Virus record (IMG/VR): IMGVR_UViG_3300042286_000208
Span: 70,287 to 134,286 of that record
DNA from: a virus
Taxonomy: Duplodnaviria > Heunggongvirae > Uroviricota > Caudoviricetes
Strand: one strand, 5' to 3'
DNA length: 64,000 nt
In this document: in pieces, positions 1 to 9,450 of the stretch
How the letters are laid out: every line of letters starts with the position of its first letter
Position numbering within the stretch: the stretch's first letter is position 1
The notes under the pieces: generated by a model
What the model was told of the DNA's origin: nothing
Seen by the model: only the letters and a program-made list of their open reading frames with translations
Database searches by the model: none
Translations under genes and position numbers: made by a program

Positions 1-740
1 TTACTGAAGAAGGGGCTAATAACTTTTCACTTAACGAAGATGTTGAGATTGTATCTGTTACTAACTATGAGATCGATTATTCACCCGAGTATGAAAACGA
101 AGATGATGAAGATGGAGACTCTGTAGTAACTGAGTCAATTCACTTAACAGGATTATCTTCATCTGAAGACAAGTTCTCGGTTATAACTTATAAAACAAAG
201 GGCGAAACCAAAGAATATATACTTGATAATGATATTTATTTAGTACTCGATAGAGATATCGATATAGACTATAGTTTAGAAAACAATAAGTTTTTAGACT
301 TGTCTAATTATGAAGTTGTGGCTGCTTATTTTATTATACAAAACAATGAGTTAGCTACAGGTATGAAGAAAATTCTAGCTGTTATAGACAATAATACTTT
401 TATAAAGCAGTTGAACGATAACATGGATATGACAGAGATTGAAAAAGCTTCAGCCTTACTTGAAAAATTTAACAGTTTGCTAATTTATTATAAACTAGAT
501 TTCATTAGAAGCTGGAATGTAGAAATGATATTATCAAACCTATTCTTTGACATAAACAAAGAGAATTTTGATTTCAGCGATACAACTAAAGCTATGGAAA
601 TCTACCCAGTGCCTAAAGCATTGAGAGAACACAGAAGTTTAGCCGTAAGCTTGAGTTACGAAAGACTTAAGGATCAGTTTTCAGATCCATATACTTTTAC
701 TAAAAACAGAAAGAGCAATATCGACAATTGGTTCAAATAA
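1..740 (+). CDS. hypothetical protein, 5'-truncated at window edge
   Basis: Open frame runs from position 3 with no stop into listed ORF 300-740; acidic N-terminal region. Confidence 0.5.
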   Translation, partial: TEEGANNFSLNEDVEIVSVTNYEIDYSPEYENEDDEDGDSVVTESIHLTGLSSSEDKFSVITYKTKGETKEYILDNDIYLVLDRDIDIDYSLENNKFLDLSNYEVVAAYFIIQNNELATGMKKILAVIDNNTFIKQLNDNMDMTEIEKASALLEKFNSLLIYYKLDFIRSWNVEMILSNLFFDINKENFDFSDTTKAMEIYPVPKALREHRSLAVSLSYERLKDQFSDPYTFTKNRKSNIDNWFK

Positions 741-810
741 TATTATATATTATAACGATGTTAAAAGAAGATATTATAATAAATTAAACGAAAGGAAGAA
801 TATTAATATT

Positions 811-1428
811 ATGAAAATTCAACAAAAAACTTATGACAGAATTTTAGTTAATCTACATGCTGTCGAAACTATGTTCAACAGAGACAAAACTGAATACGAT
901 AAAGAAGATTTCAAAGAAGTATCTCGAGAAATGGGTATCAGTGTTTCCAGAATCAAGAGAGCTTATGAAAACTTATCTGAATTTGGTTTTGTAAACCTCA
1001 GTCTAGGAGAACTATCTAATGCAGAGATTGTTCCAAACAAACCTACAGTACAAAGAAGAGTTACTAGAAGAAATGTAACCAATACTTACATCAAGCGTAA
1101 AGATGAAGGATATGTAGAAGCAGCTAAACATATTATTCACGACAGAATCTTTACTAATATGACAGTACAAGAAATCGCAAACAGATGGAATTGTTCTAAA
1201 GGTAGAGTTAATAGTTTGGTATCTGAAGTTGCAAGATATGGAGCTATCAAGCTACCTAAGTTCAGAAAACATATACTAATTGATATTAGTAAATATAGAG
1301 ATGTAAATGTAAGAGATACAATTAATGCAATTAAGCATGATATCGAATACAATCATTCTCTAGAGAAAAAACTGAGACACAAGTTGTTAACGAAGGTTCT
1401 TAGAGAGGCTTTATCATTTAATGCCTAA
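811..1428 (+). CDS. hypothetical protein with two HTH-like segments; possible transcription regulator
   Basis: Segments [13 protein letters not shown] and [18 protein letters not shown] resemble helix-turn-helix. Confidence 0.4.
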   Translation: MKIQQKTYDRILVNLHAVETMFNRDKTEYDKEDFKEVSREMGISVSRIKRAYENLSEFGFVNLSLGELSNAEIVPNKPTVQRRVTRRNVTNTYIKRKDEGYVEAAKHIIHDRIFTNMTVQEIANRWNCSKGRVNSLVSEVARYGAIKLPKFRKHILIDISKYRDVNVRDTINAIKHDIEYNHSLEKKLRHKLLTKVLREALSFNA

Positions 1429-1654
1429 GGATACTAGTCTAACATTTGAAGGAGTAGTTACCGGAATCCAGAAAACGTTCTATCTAATAGAAATTCAGGA
1501 TGTTCCAGCCCTTGAAGGAAAGCCTATCAGGGGCACTCTCTCCGGAAAAATGAGAATGAATAAAATAAGAGTTATCGTTGGCGACAAGGTTTCTGTTGAA
1601 TTAGACCCTTATGATTTATCTAAGGGAAGAATTGTTTATAGATCAAAAAATTAA
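1421..1654 (+). CDS. infA: translation initiation factor IF-1
   Basis: [36 protein letters not shown] aligns nearly residue for residue with bacterial IF-1 ([36 protein letters not shown]). Confidence 0.85.
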   Translation: MPKDTSLTFEGVVTGIQKTFYLIEIQDVPALEGKPIRGTLSGKMRMNKIRVIVGDKVSVELDPYDLSKGRIVYRSKN

Positions 1655-1681
1655 AAAATAAAATTAGAAAAGAGGACAGTT

Positions 1682-2056
1682 ATGTTAAACAATGTATCAC
1701 TAGTCGGTAGACTGACAAAAGACCCAGATATTAGAGTATTGCAACAAAGTGGAAAAGTCGTGGCTTCTTTCACACTAGCAGTTCAGAGAACAAAAGATGA
1801 TGTTGATTTCATTCCTTGTGAAGCATGGAACAAAACAGCAGAGTCAGTGAGAGATTACGTAACCAAGGGATCCCTAATTGGCGTAGAAGGTTCAATTAAA
1901 GTTGATAGCTATGACACTGAAGAAGGTAGACGTACGTTTACTAAAGTCGTAGCAAATAAAGTTCATTTTATTGTTCTTAAATCTGCAACTGAGGGTGACA
2001 CTGATGGTGACGGACCTGAAAGATTTATGACAGACGAAGAACTAGCACAAAGATAA
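1682..2056 (+). CDS. ssb: single-stranded DNA-binding protein (OB fold)
   Basis: N-terminal MLNNVSLVGRLTKDPDIR...ASFTLAV...CEAWNKTAE typical SSB OB fold; acidic C-terminal tail DGDGPERFMTDEEL. Confidence 0.8.
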   Translation: MLNNVSLVGRLTKDPDIRVLQQSGKVVASFTLAVQRTKDDVDFIPCEAWNKTAESVRDYVTKGSLIGVEGSIKVDSYDTEEGRRTFTKVVANKVHFIVLKSATEGDTDGDGPERFMTDEELAQR

Positions 2057-2095
2057 ACATGAAATAATTGGGTGATGATTACGGGTGATATAGAG

Positions 2096-2114
2096 CAGCT
2101 GTCAAAAACAGCTG
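2096..2114 (+). terminator. hairpin cagctg-tcaaaaa-cagctg after ssb; weak terminator candidate
   Basis: Palindromic 6-bp stem directly downstream of the stop codon. Confidence 0.3.
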
Positions 2115-2245
2115 TCGCTATATTTCATAAAGTTAGTTGTTAAGATAGCTAACAAAATGAAAACCCAGCATCATTAATGTGAAGACAATTCTAACAGCCC
2201 ATTTGTTTTTTTAAAAAAAAAGAAAATATAATATATAAGGAGACG

Positions 2246-3079
2246 ATGATAAATATGAGACAAATAACTAGAGATCTTTACACTTCAGGACGAGTTTGGT
2301 TATCCTTATCACATAGTTTTTCACAAAACACAGGAGACGGAAATTCATTTGATTTAGTTAAAGTTAACGGGGATTTTGTGACATTTAATGCAGGAGCATT
2401 ATTTGTTTTAAGTCTTTGGGGAGCAGGAAAAAAGACTCCCGATAAGTTTTATATACCAGAGTATAAAATTGAAGAATTTAGAATGATATTATCCGCTTTA
2501 AATGAACTTAAGGAAGATGAAAGATATGTCAGAGACGGCGAGCTAACTGAAGCCGGGAAACCGTCTAATCTGTATTATAGATTGGCATTAAATAATAAAA
2601 AATATATCGATTTATACTTTGTAGAAAATGACTATAACGGTGATAAATCAATAAACATCGCTATCGAAATGGCTTCGGATTCAGGTAACACTGTATACGC
2701 TATGTATGATTCAAATGTAGTCGATTTGATTGATGTAATACCAAGACCAGCTGAAATTGTCAGATATAAACAATCTGCTGCCGAATTGTTTTATTTAGAA
2801 AACTTTGTAATGGGTGGCTCACAACCTCAACAAACCACAAGTAAATCAGGTAGCGGTAAATATACATCTAAGAAAACAGCTCCCAGAACAGTTAATAAAG
2901 TTGATAGAACTAGTATGAGCAAAGAGACTGTATCTTATGTAGTTGATACTCCTAGTGAAGAAAAAACACTGGAGCCGATAAATAATGAAACAGTTCAAGA
3001 AGATAGTATACAAAAAGAAGAGACAAGTAATACAAATCAAAGTGGATATGATTATAGTAACTTACTAGAAGATGAATAA
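2246..3079 (+). CDS. hypothetical protein
   Basis: 277-aa ORF, RBS aaggaga upstream; S/T/E-rich C-terminal tail. Confidence 0.5.
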   Translation: MINMRQITRDLYTSGRVWLSLSHSFSQNTGDGNSFDLVKVNGDFVTFNAGALFVLSLWGAGKKTPDKFYIPEYKIEEFRMILSALNELKEDERYVRDGELTEAGKPSNLYYRLALNNKKYIDLYFVENDYNGDKSINIAIEMASDSGNTVYAMYDSNVVDLIDVIPRPAEIVRYKQSAAELFYLENFVMGGSQPQQTTSKSGSGKYTSKKTAPRTVNKVDRTSMSKETVSYVVDTPSEEKTLEPINNETVQEDSIQKEETSNTNQSGYDYSNLLEDE

Positions 3080-3092
3080 TGAGAACTAAAAT

Positions 3093-3323
3093 ATGATTGA
3101 ATTTTATTTAAGTCTCTCATTATTTGCACAAATATATTTCGGTTTGTTTATATTTTTAATTGTATCTATATTTATCCTGATGTATATAGATGATGTATAC
3201 GGGATAGAAAACAATACAATAATGACCATACTTGGATTTATGCAATTGATTCTTTTAATTGCATATTTCCCTGTATCGGCATTTGTATTTGCTGTTCTAC
3301 TAAGCATATTTGGAGAACAATAA
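3093..3323 (+). CDS. small membrane protein (two predicted TM helices)
   Basis: Highly hydrophobic 76-aa ORF. Confidence 0.4.
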   Translation: MIEFYLSLSLFAQIYFGLFIFLIVSIFILMYIDDVYGIENNTIMTILGFMQLILLIAYFPVSAFVFAVLLSIFGEQ

Positions 3324-3344
3324 AACAGAAAGAAGGTGACTATT

Positions 3345-4067
3345 ATGTTAGAAGACAAAGATAAAGTAATATCAAATGATCTTTCTGATACTGAAGATGA
3401 TTGGAATGATGATGACTATGGTATGGAGTATGAGGATCTGAGTGCTGAAGAAGCAAACATGTTATCAGAAAAAATGCTAGAGGAATCAATAAAAATTAGA
3501 GAATCAATAGTATATAATGAGACTTCGGAAGAAGACACGGTTAATTATATTGAGCTTAGATCTCCAGCAGACGAAGATGAATCTCCTTTAAAGAGAAAAG
3601 TCAAAGAGCTGGTCAATAAGGGAAAATATGAAAGAAAGACATTTATTGATTATTTAGATGGTGACAGTGAGCAAGCTAGAAAAATGATCAACACATATCC
3701 GAAGAAAAAAGACTTCAAGATGGAAGAGTTCATCATGTGGATAAACTTTCTTGATTATGATATTAAAGTAATTAAAGACAGAAATAGATATGAACTCGGT
3801 GAATTAAGACAGACAGACGGTGATGATAAAATAGTTTCTTTCGAAAATAATGAAAGTTTTGTTCCGATAAAACAACTACTAGTAGAACTAATCAATTCGT
3901 CTAACCTAAAGATTTCGAATATCAAATTCTTTTATAGTGAGAAGCCATCAAATGCTTACAATATTATTGAGCGTTTTAAGAAAAACAATACAATGACAAC
4001 AGATACTTTCGCATTGTGGTTGACACTAATCGGATATACAATAAAATTAGTTAAGAGGGAATCTTAA
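3345..4067 (+). CDS. hypothetical acidic protein
   Basis: ORF with RBS agaaggtga 8 nt before ATG at 3345. Confidence 0.5.
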   Translation: MLEDKDKVISNDLSDTEDDWNDDDYGMEYEDLSAEEANMLSEKMLEESIKIRESIVYNETSEEDTVNYIELRSPADEDESPLKRKVKELVNKGKYERKTFIDYLDGDSEQARKMINTYPKKKDFKMEEFIMWINFLDYDIKVIKDRNRYELGELRQTDGDDKIVSFENNESFVPIKQLLVELINSSNLKISNIKFFYSEKPSNAYNIIERFKKNNTMTTDTFALWLTLIGYTIKLVKRES

Positions 4068-4744
4068 TGGTAACCTTAACTAAAAAAGAAAGAAGTACAG
4101 AACTAAATGAACTAAAGAGAGTTCTTATAGATTTTAAGTCGCTGGTCGAAGAAGATAGTTTTATCATCTACAAAAACAGCGGCTTAATATTCTATATATT
4201 TGATCAAAACGGATTTACTAAAATCATAAAAACTTCAAATTTTCTAAAGATTGAAGACTTTCTTGATAATGATGAATACGTTGATGTAAAATACAGTTTG
4301 TTAAAACAAACAGCGGATCTAAAAAAAGCAGAAGTAACTGAAATTTTCTATGATAGTGACACTTATTCAGTCCAAACAAATATAGATGAAGTCGTTGATC
4401 TTTTACTTATTAAAAAAAAGAAAGATTCTGATAATTTGTTGAAAAATATTATATACAGTACATCTCAAGAAAAATTATTAGAGAATTTTATAGAAGCTAA
4501 TTATAGAGAAAAGGAACAAATCCTGGTATCTACCATCGACAATAAAGTATATCCATATAAAATAACATTTTCAGACGATATCAATTTCAAATTAAAGATT
4601 GAAAACCCTGAGAGTAAATACTATATGAGAACCTTAAATGATGGAGCTTTTATACAAGTAATTACAATAAGTAAATACAAAGAAATATATCACGCCCAAA
4701 CAATTTTGTTTGTTTTTAACTACTTAAACAAAAAAGAGGTGTAG
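4067..4744 (+). CDS. hypothetical protein
   Basis: 225-aa ORF; start overlaps upstream stop (taATGg). Confidence 0.5.
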   Translation: MVTLTKKERSTELNELKRVLIDFKSLVEEDSFIIYKNSGLIFYIFDQNGFTKIIKTSNFLKIEDFLDNDEYVDVKYSLLKQTADLKKAEVTEIFYDSDTYSVQTNIDEVVDLLLIKKKKDSDNLLKNIIYSTSQEKLLENFIEANYREKEQILVSTIDNKVYPYKITFSDDINFKLKIENPESKYYMRTLNDGAFIQVITISKYKEIYHAQTILFVFNYLNKKEV

Positions 4745-4745
4745 T

Positions 4746-5279
4746 ATGAAATTAGTAATGGATACACAAGTTCGATTAACAGAATTCAAGACACCCTTAA
4801 AAAAGAAAATCTTTATCGAATCACTAAAGACAAAAAACAATTATATAGAACTAAATGATAAAACACTATTTATATGGGATTATTTAGGGGTATTGGATAA
4901 CGAAAGGGTGTTTGATTCATTCTGTCAAATAGACAACATTACTATATTATTGGACACCGAGACACAAATATTTGAAGCATATAGAGATGGTGTAAAAATT
5001 GACCACGTTATATTTAATGATATCATGAAGTGGATAAAAATAAAACATGATAATGATAAAAGAAGACTACTGAGAAAAATGAAAAAATTCAGAGAGGATT
5101 TTCTTGATCATAAATTAAAATATACGTATTATAGAGGTATATTCAGTGATAGATTTTCAGTATTCATGAAGGGCAAGGAGCTTCTTTTACCTGCTTGAAA
5201 TAAAGATGATGATATAACTCTTCTTGGAATGGAAGAGAATTTCAGTTTCTTTTTAAAATTATGTAAACTTGTTTTATAA
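4746..5279 (+). CDS. hypothetical protein (contains one in-frame TGA at 5196)
   Basis: Listed ORF 4746-5198 continues in frame through TGA to TAA at 5277-5279. Confidence 0.45.
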
Positions 5280-5292
5280 ATTTTATTATATT

Positions 5293-5322
5293 AAGAACAT
5301 ATATTTACTATGTTCTTTTTTT
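5293..5322 (+). terminator. rho-independent terminator
   Basis: Stem aagaacat/atgttctt with 9-nt loop followed by T6. Confidence 0.6.
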
Positions 5323-5335
5323 CCTTCATGTCCTT

Positions 5336-5351
5336 TGAATAATTAATTATA
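5336..5351 (+). promoter_or_regulatory. conserved motif TGAATAATTAATTATA (promoter class 1), copy 1
   Basis: Exact 16-mer present 6 times in the window, always intergenic and upstream of a gene; here 22 nt before ATG 5374. Confidence 0.6.
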
Positions 5352-5373
5352 TTAATGTGAGGAGGTAACAGCC

Positions 5374-6120
5374 ATGCCAACTATACACAAATGCCCTCTT
5401 TGTAGTTATTCATTCAAAGAAAAGACTAAGCTTTATGACCATATAAATTTTGAACATGGTGACGAATTACAAGGTTTATCTCCAGCACACCTATATTTCA
5501 ATTATAGAAATAGAGCAAGATATTCATTGTATAATATGTTTGGTAAATCTGTTGTTTCCAATAAACCCACTTTATTTGATGAGGTTACAGAAACATATCA
5601 AAGATTTGCTGATCAAGCAGATAAAGACCTAAATACAAAGATATTTGAAGCAAGAATGATGAAAGTTTATGGCAAGAAAAGATTAACAGACGATATTGAG
5701 AAACAAAGAGAAATGTTACACAATAGGTCAATCGCAGGAAAGTATATGTTTACAGATGGTGGTGAAGTTCCTTATATAGGATCATATGAAAGAAGATTTT
5801 TGGAACATCTTGATTTAGACTTACATATAAGTAGTAACGATGTGTTAGCAGACCCATTACAAATGGTCGTCAACTATGACGATAAAGGTGTTAAAAGACA
5901 ACATTTACCTGACTTTTACATCATACCTATGGAATGTATAATAAATATAAAAAACGACTCTAAGCCAAGAAGAGACCTAATTGAAAGAGAGTTCGCACAA
6001 GATAAAGCTATAGTAAACACCTTATTAAAAGGTAAAGGAAAAAATAGAAAGTATTTAAAAATAGTAGAAAATAATTTTAAAGAATTTGATAAGCTATTTT
6101 ATAAGATGAAGTCTGAATAG
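5374..6120 (+). CDS. C2H2 zinc-finger protein with possible PD-(D/E)XK nuclease-like C-terminal region
   Basis: N-terminal CPLCSYSF...HINFEH zinc finger; C-terminal LPDFYIIPMECIINIKND resembles restriction-endonuclease-fold motif. Confidence 0.4.
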   Translation: MPTIHKCPLCSYSFKEKTKLYDHINFEHGDELQGLSPAHLYFNYRNRARYSLYNMFGKSVVSNKPTLFDEVTETYQRFADQADKDLNTKIFEARMMKVYGKKRLTDDIEKQREMLHNRSIAGKYMFTDGGEVPYIGSYERRFLEHLDLDLHISSNDVLADPLQMVVNYDDKGVKRQHLPDFYIIPMECIINIKNDSKPRRDLIEREFAQDKAIVNTLLKGKGKNRKYLKIVENNFKEFDKLFYKMKSE

Positions 6121-6130
6121 GATTAAACAC

Positions 6131-6165
6131 GATGAAGTTTTAAAGCTTCATCTTTCTATCTTATT
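6131..6165 (+). terminator. terminator-like hairpin gatgaag...cttcatc followed by T-rich tract
   Basis: Inverted repeat immediately after stop of 5374-6120. Confidence 0.4.
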
Positions 6166-6225
6166 TTATATATTATATTAGTGTAAATGCAAACAAATCT
6201 ATATAAATAATAAGGAGAGTAAATT

Positions 6226-6501
6226 ATGGCACAAACTAAATTTGAACCAATAACCAAAGAAATTTCATTTGAACATAAATGTTCTAGATGTAATTTCACT
6301 AATCATACCACATATAATTGGCCAGTTAAAGTATATGAGAGACAGGGATATAAGTTTGATACTTTTTGTGTCGAGTGTGGTAGTCCTTATACATATACTT
6401 ACATTGATAAGATTGACGTAGAAGTAAAAGTAGATGAAGACATTCCTGAAGAACAAAAGGAAGATGAACTAAATGAAAAAGAAAATGAGGAGGATCAGTA
6501 A
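6226..6501 (+). CDS. hypothetical zinc-ribbon protein
   Basis: CSRCNF...CVECGSP cysteine pairs; acidic tail. Confidence 0.45.
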   Translation: MAQTKFEPITKEISFEHKCSRCNFTNHTTYNWPVKVYERQGYKFDTFCVECGSPYTYTYIDKIDVEVKVDEDIPEEQKEDELNEKENEEDQ

Positions 6502-6502
6502 T

Positions 6503-6721
6503 ATGACAAATGAAAGAATGAAAAGACTTAATGAAATGAGCTTAGATGAACTCAGAAAAGAATCAGATGAAGTTTACAGCGCGATACAGAATGAAAAAAT
6601 ATGGATGTTTGGATCAGCTGGAGACTCTGATACAGAGATAATGCATTCAAACAATGTCGATAAACTAAGAGAAGAGTCAAGATATATTTTTGATCTAATC
6701 GAAAAAAGAAAAGGAGAATAG
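6503..6721 (+). CDS. hypothetical small protein
   Basis: ATG 6503 preceded by RBS gaggagg; listed ORF 6473 overlaps the upstream gene. Confidence 0.45.
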   Translation: MTNERMKRLNEMSLDELRKESDEVYSAIQNEKIWMFGSAGDSDTEIMHSNNVDKLREESRYIFDLIEKRKGE

Positions 6722-6730
6722 TGAACTTAT

Positions 6731-9382
6731 ATGAAAATAACAAAACTTTATTTAAAGAATTTCAGTAGAGTTAAATCAGCTTTGGGTGTTGATGAAGTGA
6801 CTATAGATTTGACATCGGCTCAAAGCTTATTTCTATTCCTTAAAGGAGGAAATGGCTCGGGTAAGTCAACTCTTTTAAATCAAATGCATCCTTGGAGAGA
6901 CTCTTATGATGGGAACGGATCACAAACTTATGATGAAGCCGTAAAAGAAGTAACAATTCATCACGAAAATGGTGAATATTTAATCAGACATCAATATGGT
7001 AAAGTATCTAAAACATTTGTTTATAAAAATGGAGATCTTTTAAATTCTAATGGTAATACTAGAGCAGCAGAGGATCTTATAAATAACGAATTAGGATATA
7101 CGCCAGAATTCTTAGAACTATCAAGAATATCATCAAGTATGTCAGGATTTCTAGACAAAAAATCAACAGAGAGAAAAAAATTTATTACATCTTTAATGCC
7201 TTCTATTGATTTCTATATAAATGCTTTCGATAAAGTAAAAGCAAGAATTCTTGAAGAAAATAAAAAACTAAGATCTATTGAGGCAGAGATTGCAAAATTA
7301 GATTCATTTAGTGAAGAAGACTTAACGTTACAAAAAGAAAATGTTACTAAAACAAACAAATCAATAGAGGAACTGTCTAATAAAATAGCAGTGGCTAATG
7401 CGAAGCTAGACGAAATGCAAAAAAACCTAAAAGAATTAGTATTTGTATCCGACTTGGATATAAATAAACAAAGTGAAAAAATAAATTCTTTCGGTGAAAG
7501 TCTAGTTAAATTTATTGATGTTTATGGCAAGAAATCCATAGCATTAGCAAAAGAAGAACTTGATTTAGTTAAAGAAACTCTAATTAAAACAAGAGTAAAT
7601 ATCACAAACCTAGAATCCAAATTAAAATCAACAAACGAAAAAATAGGGTCCATTAATAACTCTATTGCTGAAGATGAAACATTCTTATCTAAGTTAAGTT
7701 CAGTTGATATAAAATCTATAGAAGACAGTATTAGTAAATATGAAAACATTATAAATTCTATAGATGTAGAGGATACGTATTATAAATATGTATTAAATAA
7801 AGAAGTTACAACAACAGAGTTAATGGGGTTGGAAAACTTTATACAATACACTGTAAATACTAAGAGTATATTAGGTAAACTGTATAAGGAGATATCTTCA
7901 ATTGGTATTATCAATATTCAAAACAAAGAGACAGAGCTTAAAAACAAACTTATTCCTCTTGGAACAGAGATAAAAGCACTTGAGAAAAGCATAAACGAAG
8001 ACTCCCTACATTATAATGAGTTTATGAAATCACAACACGGAAACAAAAAACATTGTGATGATCCAAACTGTCCTTATGAAAAAGAAGTCCAAGAATATGA
8101 AAAGTTAGGGTCTGTTATTGAACAAAATAATTTAAAATTAAGAGATCTCAACAAACAATTAGAGGATTTAAAAGATGAGATATCTGATGTCTCTTTAACT
8201 AAATCAAAAGCTGAAGAGTGGCTAACACTAAAAAGAAAATATTCAACAAATACTTTTGAAATATTTACAAAACACTATGATTTTTACGAGAGTGATGACT
8301 TAATTTCCGATTATAAGAAATTTTACTCAGATATAACAAATGCTATTGAAGATTCATCCCTTCTAATAACATCAACCAAGAGCTTAGCTGATGCTAAAAA
8401 AAGCTTAGACGAATCCAAAGATAGAATATCCTTGGTAGATAATATAAATACAAAGATAGCAAATCAAAAGGAAGAATTAGAGACTTTAAAAGGCGATGTT
8501 ATAACATTAAAATTTGATATTGAACAAGATAAAACAAAAGAAACAGAAACAGAAAAAGCTGTTCAGATGTATAATGATTTTATTGCAGCTAAAGAAGGTT
8601 TAAAGTTAGCCATTGAAGAAAAAACTAAAATGGAAGAAGATCAAAAGAAATGGAACGATATTTCAGAGGAAATCAAAAGAATGGGTGACGAAATTTCAGA
8701 AATGAGAACTAGAAAATCTAAAGAAGAGTCTGATTTATCGACATATTCAAACAATGTTAAACAACTAGAAAGACTTAAAATTAATAAAGAAATTTTAGAC
8801 GGAAACCTAGAGACAATTAGAAATAACTTGAATACATATTCACCAATAAATAACGCTTTGGATCCAAAGAAAGGTATTCCTGTTGTATTTCAAAGAGTTT
8901 ATTTAAAACAAACGGCGTTTCTTGTAAACAAACTTCTTAGAGTTGCTTACGGTGAAAAATTTGAAATTAGTTTTGAATTAACTGATAATGATTTTTTCAT
9001 TAGAGTTGTTGATAGTGAAGGAAATGTTCGTGATGATGCAAGATCTCTATCGGATGGTGAAAAATCAGTTGTTGGTTTAAGCTTAAGTCTTGCTTTAATT
9101 GAACAAACAGGAAATCGAGACAAGATACTTTATCTTGATGAAGCAGATGGTGTATTAGACAGCAAGAACAGAAGATCTTTCATTAATATTCTTGAAAATC
9201 AATTAGTTCTTCTTGGTATTGAACAGTGTATTATTATTTCTCATAATGATTCATTTAAAGATACTGAGGCTGATGTAATTTTATTAAAAGACGAAGATGC
9301 CGATGAAAGTCATATTGAACAAACAAAAGCATTTTTAGAAAACAAAAAAGTGATTTTTGATTACAAGAAATTGCTAGAATAA
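6731..9382 (+). CDS. sbcC: SbcC/Rad50-family ATPase (T4 gp46-like)
   Basis: Walker A GGNGSGKST, long coiled-coil middle with zinc-hook-like CDDPNCP, signature LSDGEKS, Walker B ILYLDEAD, H-loop IIISHND. Confidence 0.8.
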   Translation: MKITKLYLKNFSRVKSALGVDEVTIDLTSAQSLFLFLKGGNGSGKSTLLNQMHPWRDSYDGNGSQTYDEAVKEVTIHHENGEYLIRHQYGKVSKTFVYKNGDLLNSNGNTRAAEDLINNELGYTPEFLELSRISSSMSGFLDKKSTERKKFITSLMPSIDFYINAFDKVKARILEENKKLRSIEAEIAKLDSFSEEDLTLQKENVTKTNKSIEELSNKIAVANAKLDEMQKNLKELVFVSDLDINKQSEKINSFGESLVKFIDVYGKKSIALAKEELDLVKETLIKTRVNITNLESKLKSTNEKIGSINNSIAEDETFLSKLSSVDIKSIEDSISKYENIINSIDVEDTYYKYVLNKEVTTTELMGLENFIQYTVNTKSILGKLYKEISSIGIINIQNKETELKNKLIPLGTEIKALEKSINEDSLHYNEFMKSQHGNKKHCDDPNCPYEKEVQEYEKLGSVIEQNNLKLRDLNKQLEDLKDEISDVSLTKSKAEEWLTLKRKYSTNTFEIFTKHYDFYESDDLISDYKKFYSDITNAIEDSSLLITSTKSLADAKKSLDESKDRISLVDNINTKIANQKEELETLKGDVITLKFDIEQDKTKETETEKAVQMYNDFIAAKEGLKLAIEEKTKMEEDQKKWNDISEEIKRMGDEISEMRTRKSKEESDLSTYSNNVKQLERLKINKEILDGNLETIRNNLNTYSPINNALDPKKGIPVVFQRVYLKQTAFLVNKLLRVAYGEKFEISFELTDNDFFIRVVDSEGNVRDDARSLSDGEKSVVGLSLSLALIEQTGNRDKILYLDEADGVLDSKNRRSFINILENQLVLLGIEQCIIISHNDSFKDTEADVILLKDEDADESHIEQTKAFLENKKVIFDYKKLLE

Positions 9383-9393
9383 AAAGGTATTAT

Positions 9394-9430
9394 AAAGACA
9401 GGCTTTAAATAAAGCCCGTCTTTATACTTA
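9394..9430 (+). terminator. rho-independent terminator
   Basis: 13 of 14 bp stem aaagacaggcttta/taaagcccgtcttt followed by T-rich tract. Confidence 0.55.
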
Positions 9431-9450
9431 TCAGAAGGAGAAATAAAAAT

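Noticed and set aside
1137-1352. Numerous short minus-strand ORFs (1137-1352, 2846-3040, 6265-6456, 7522-7749, 10581-10838, 22066-22251 and others)
   Set aside because: All are antisense to strong plus-strand genes, lack RBSs and are low-complexity or hydrophobic. They are typical shadow ORFs of AT-rich DNA.
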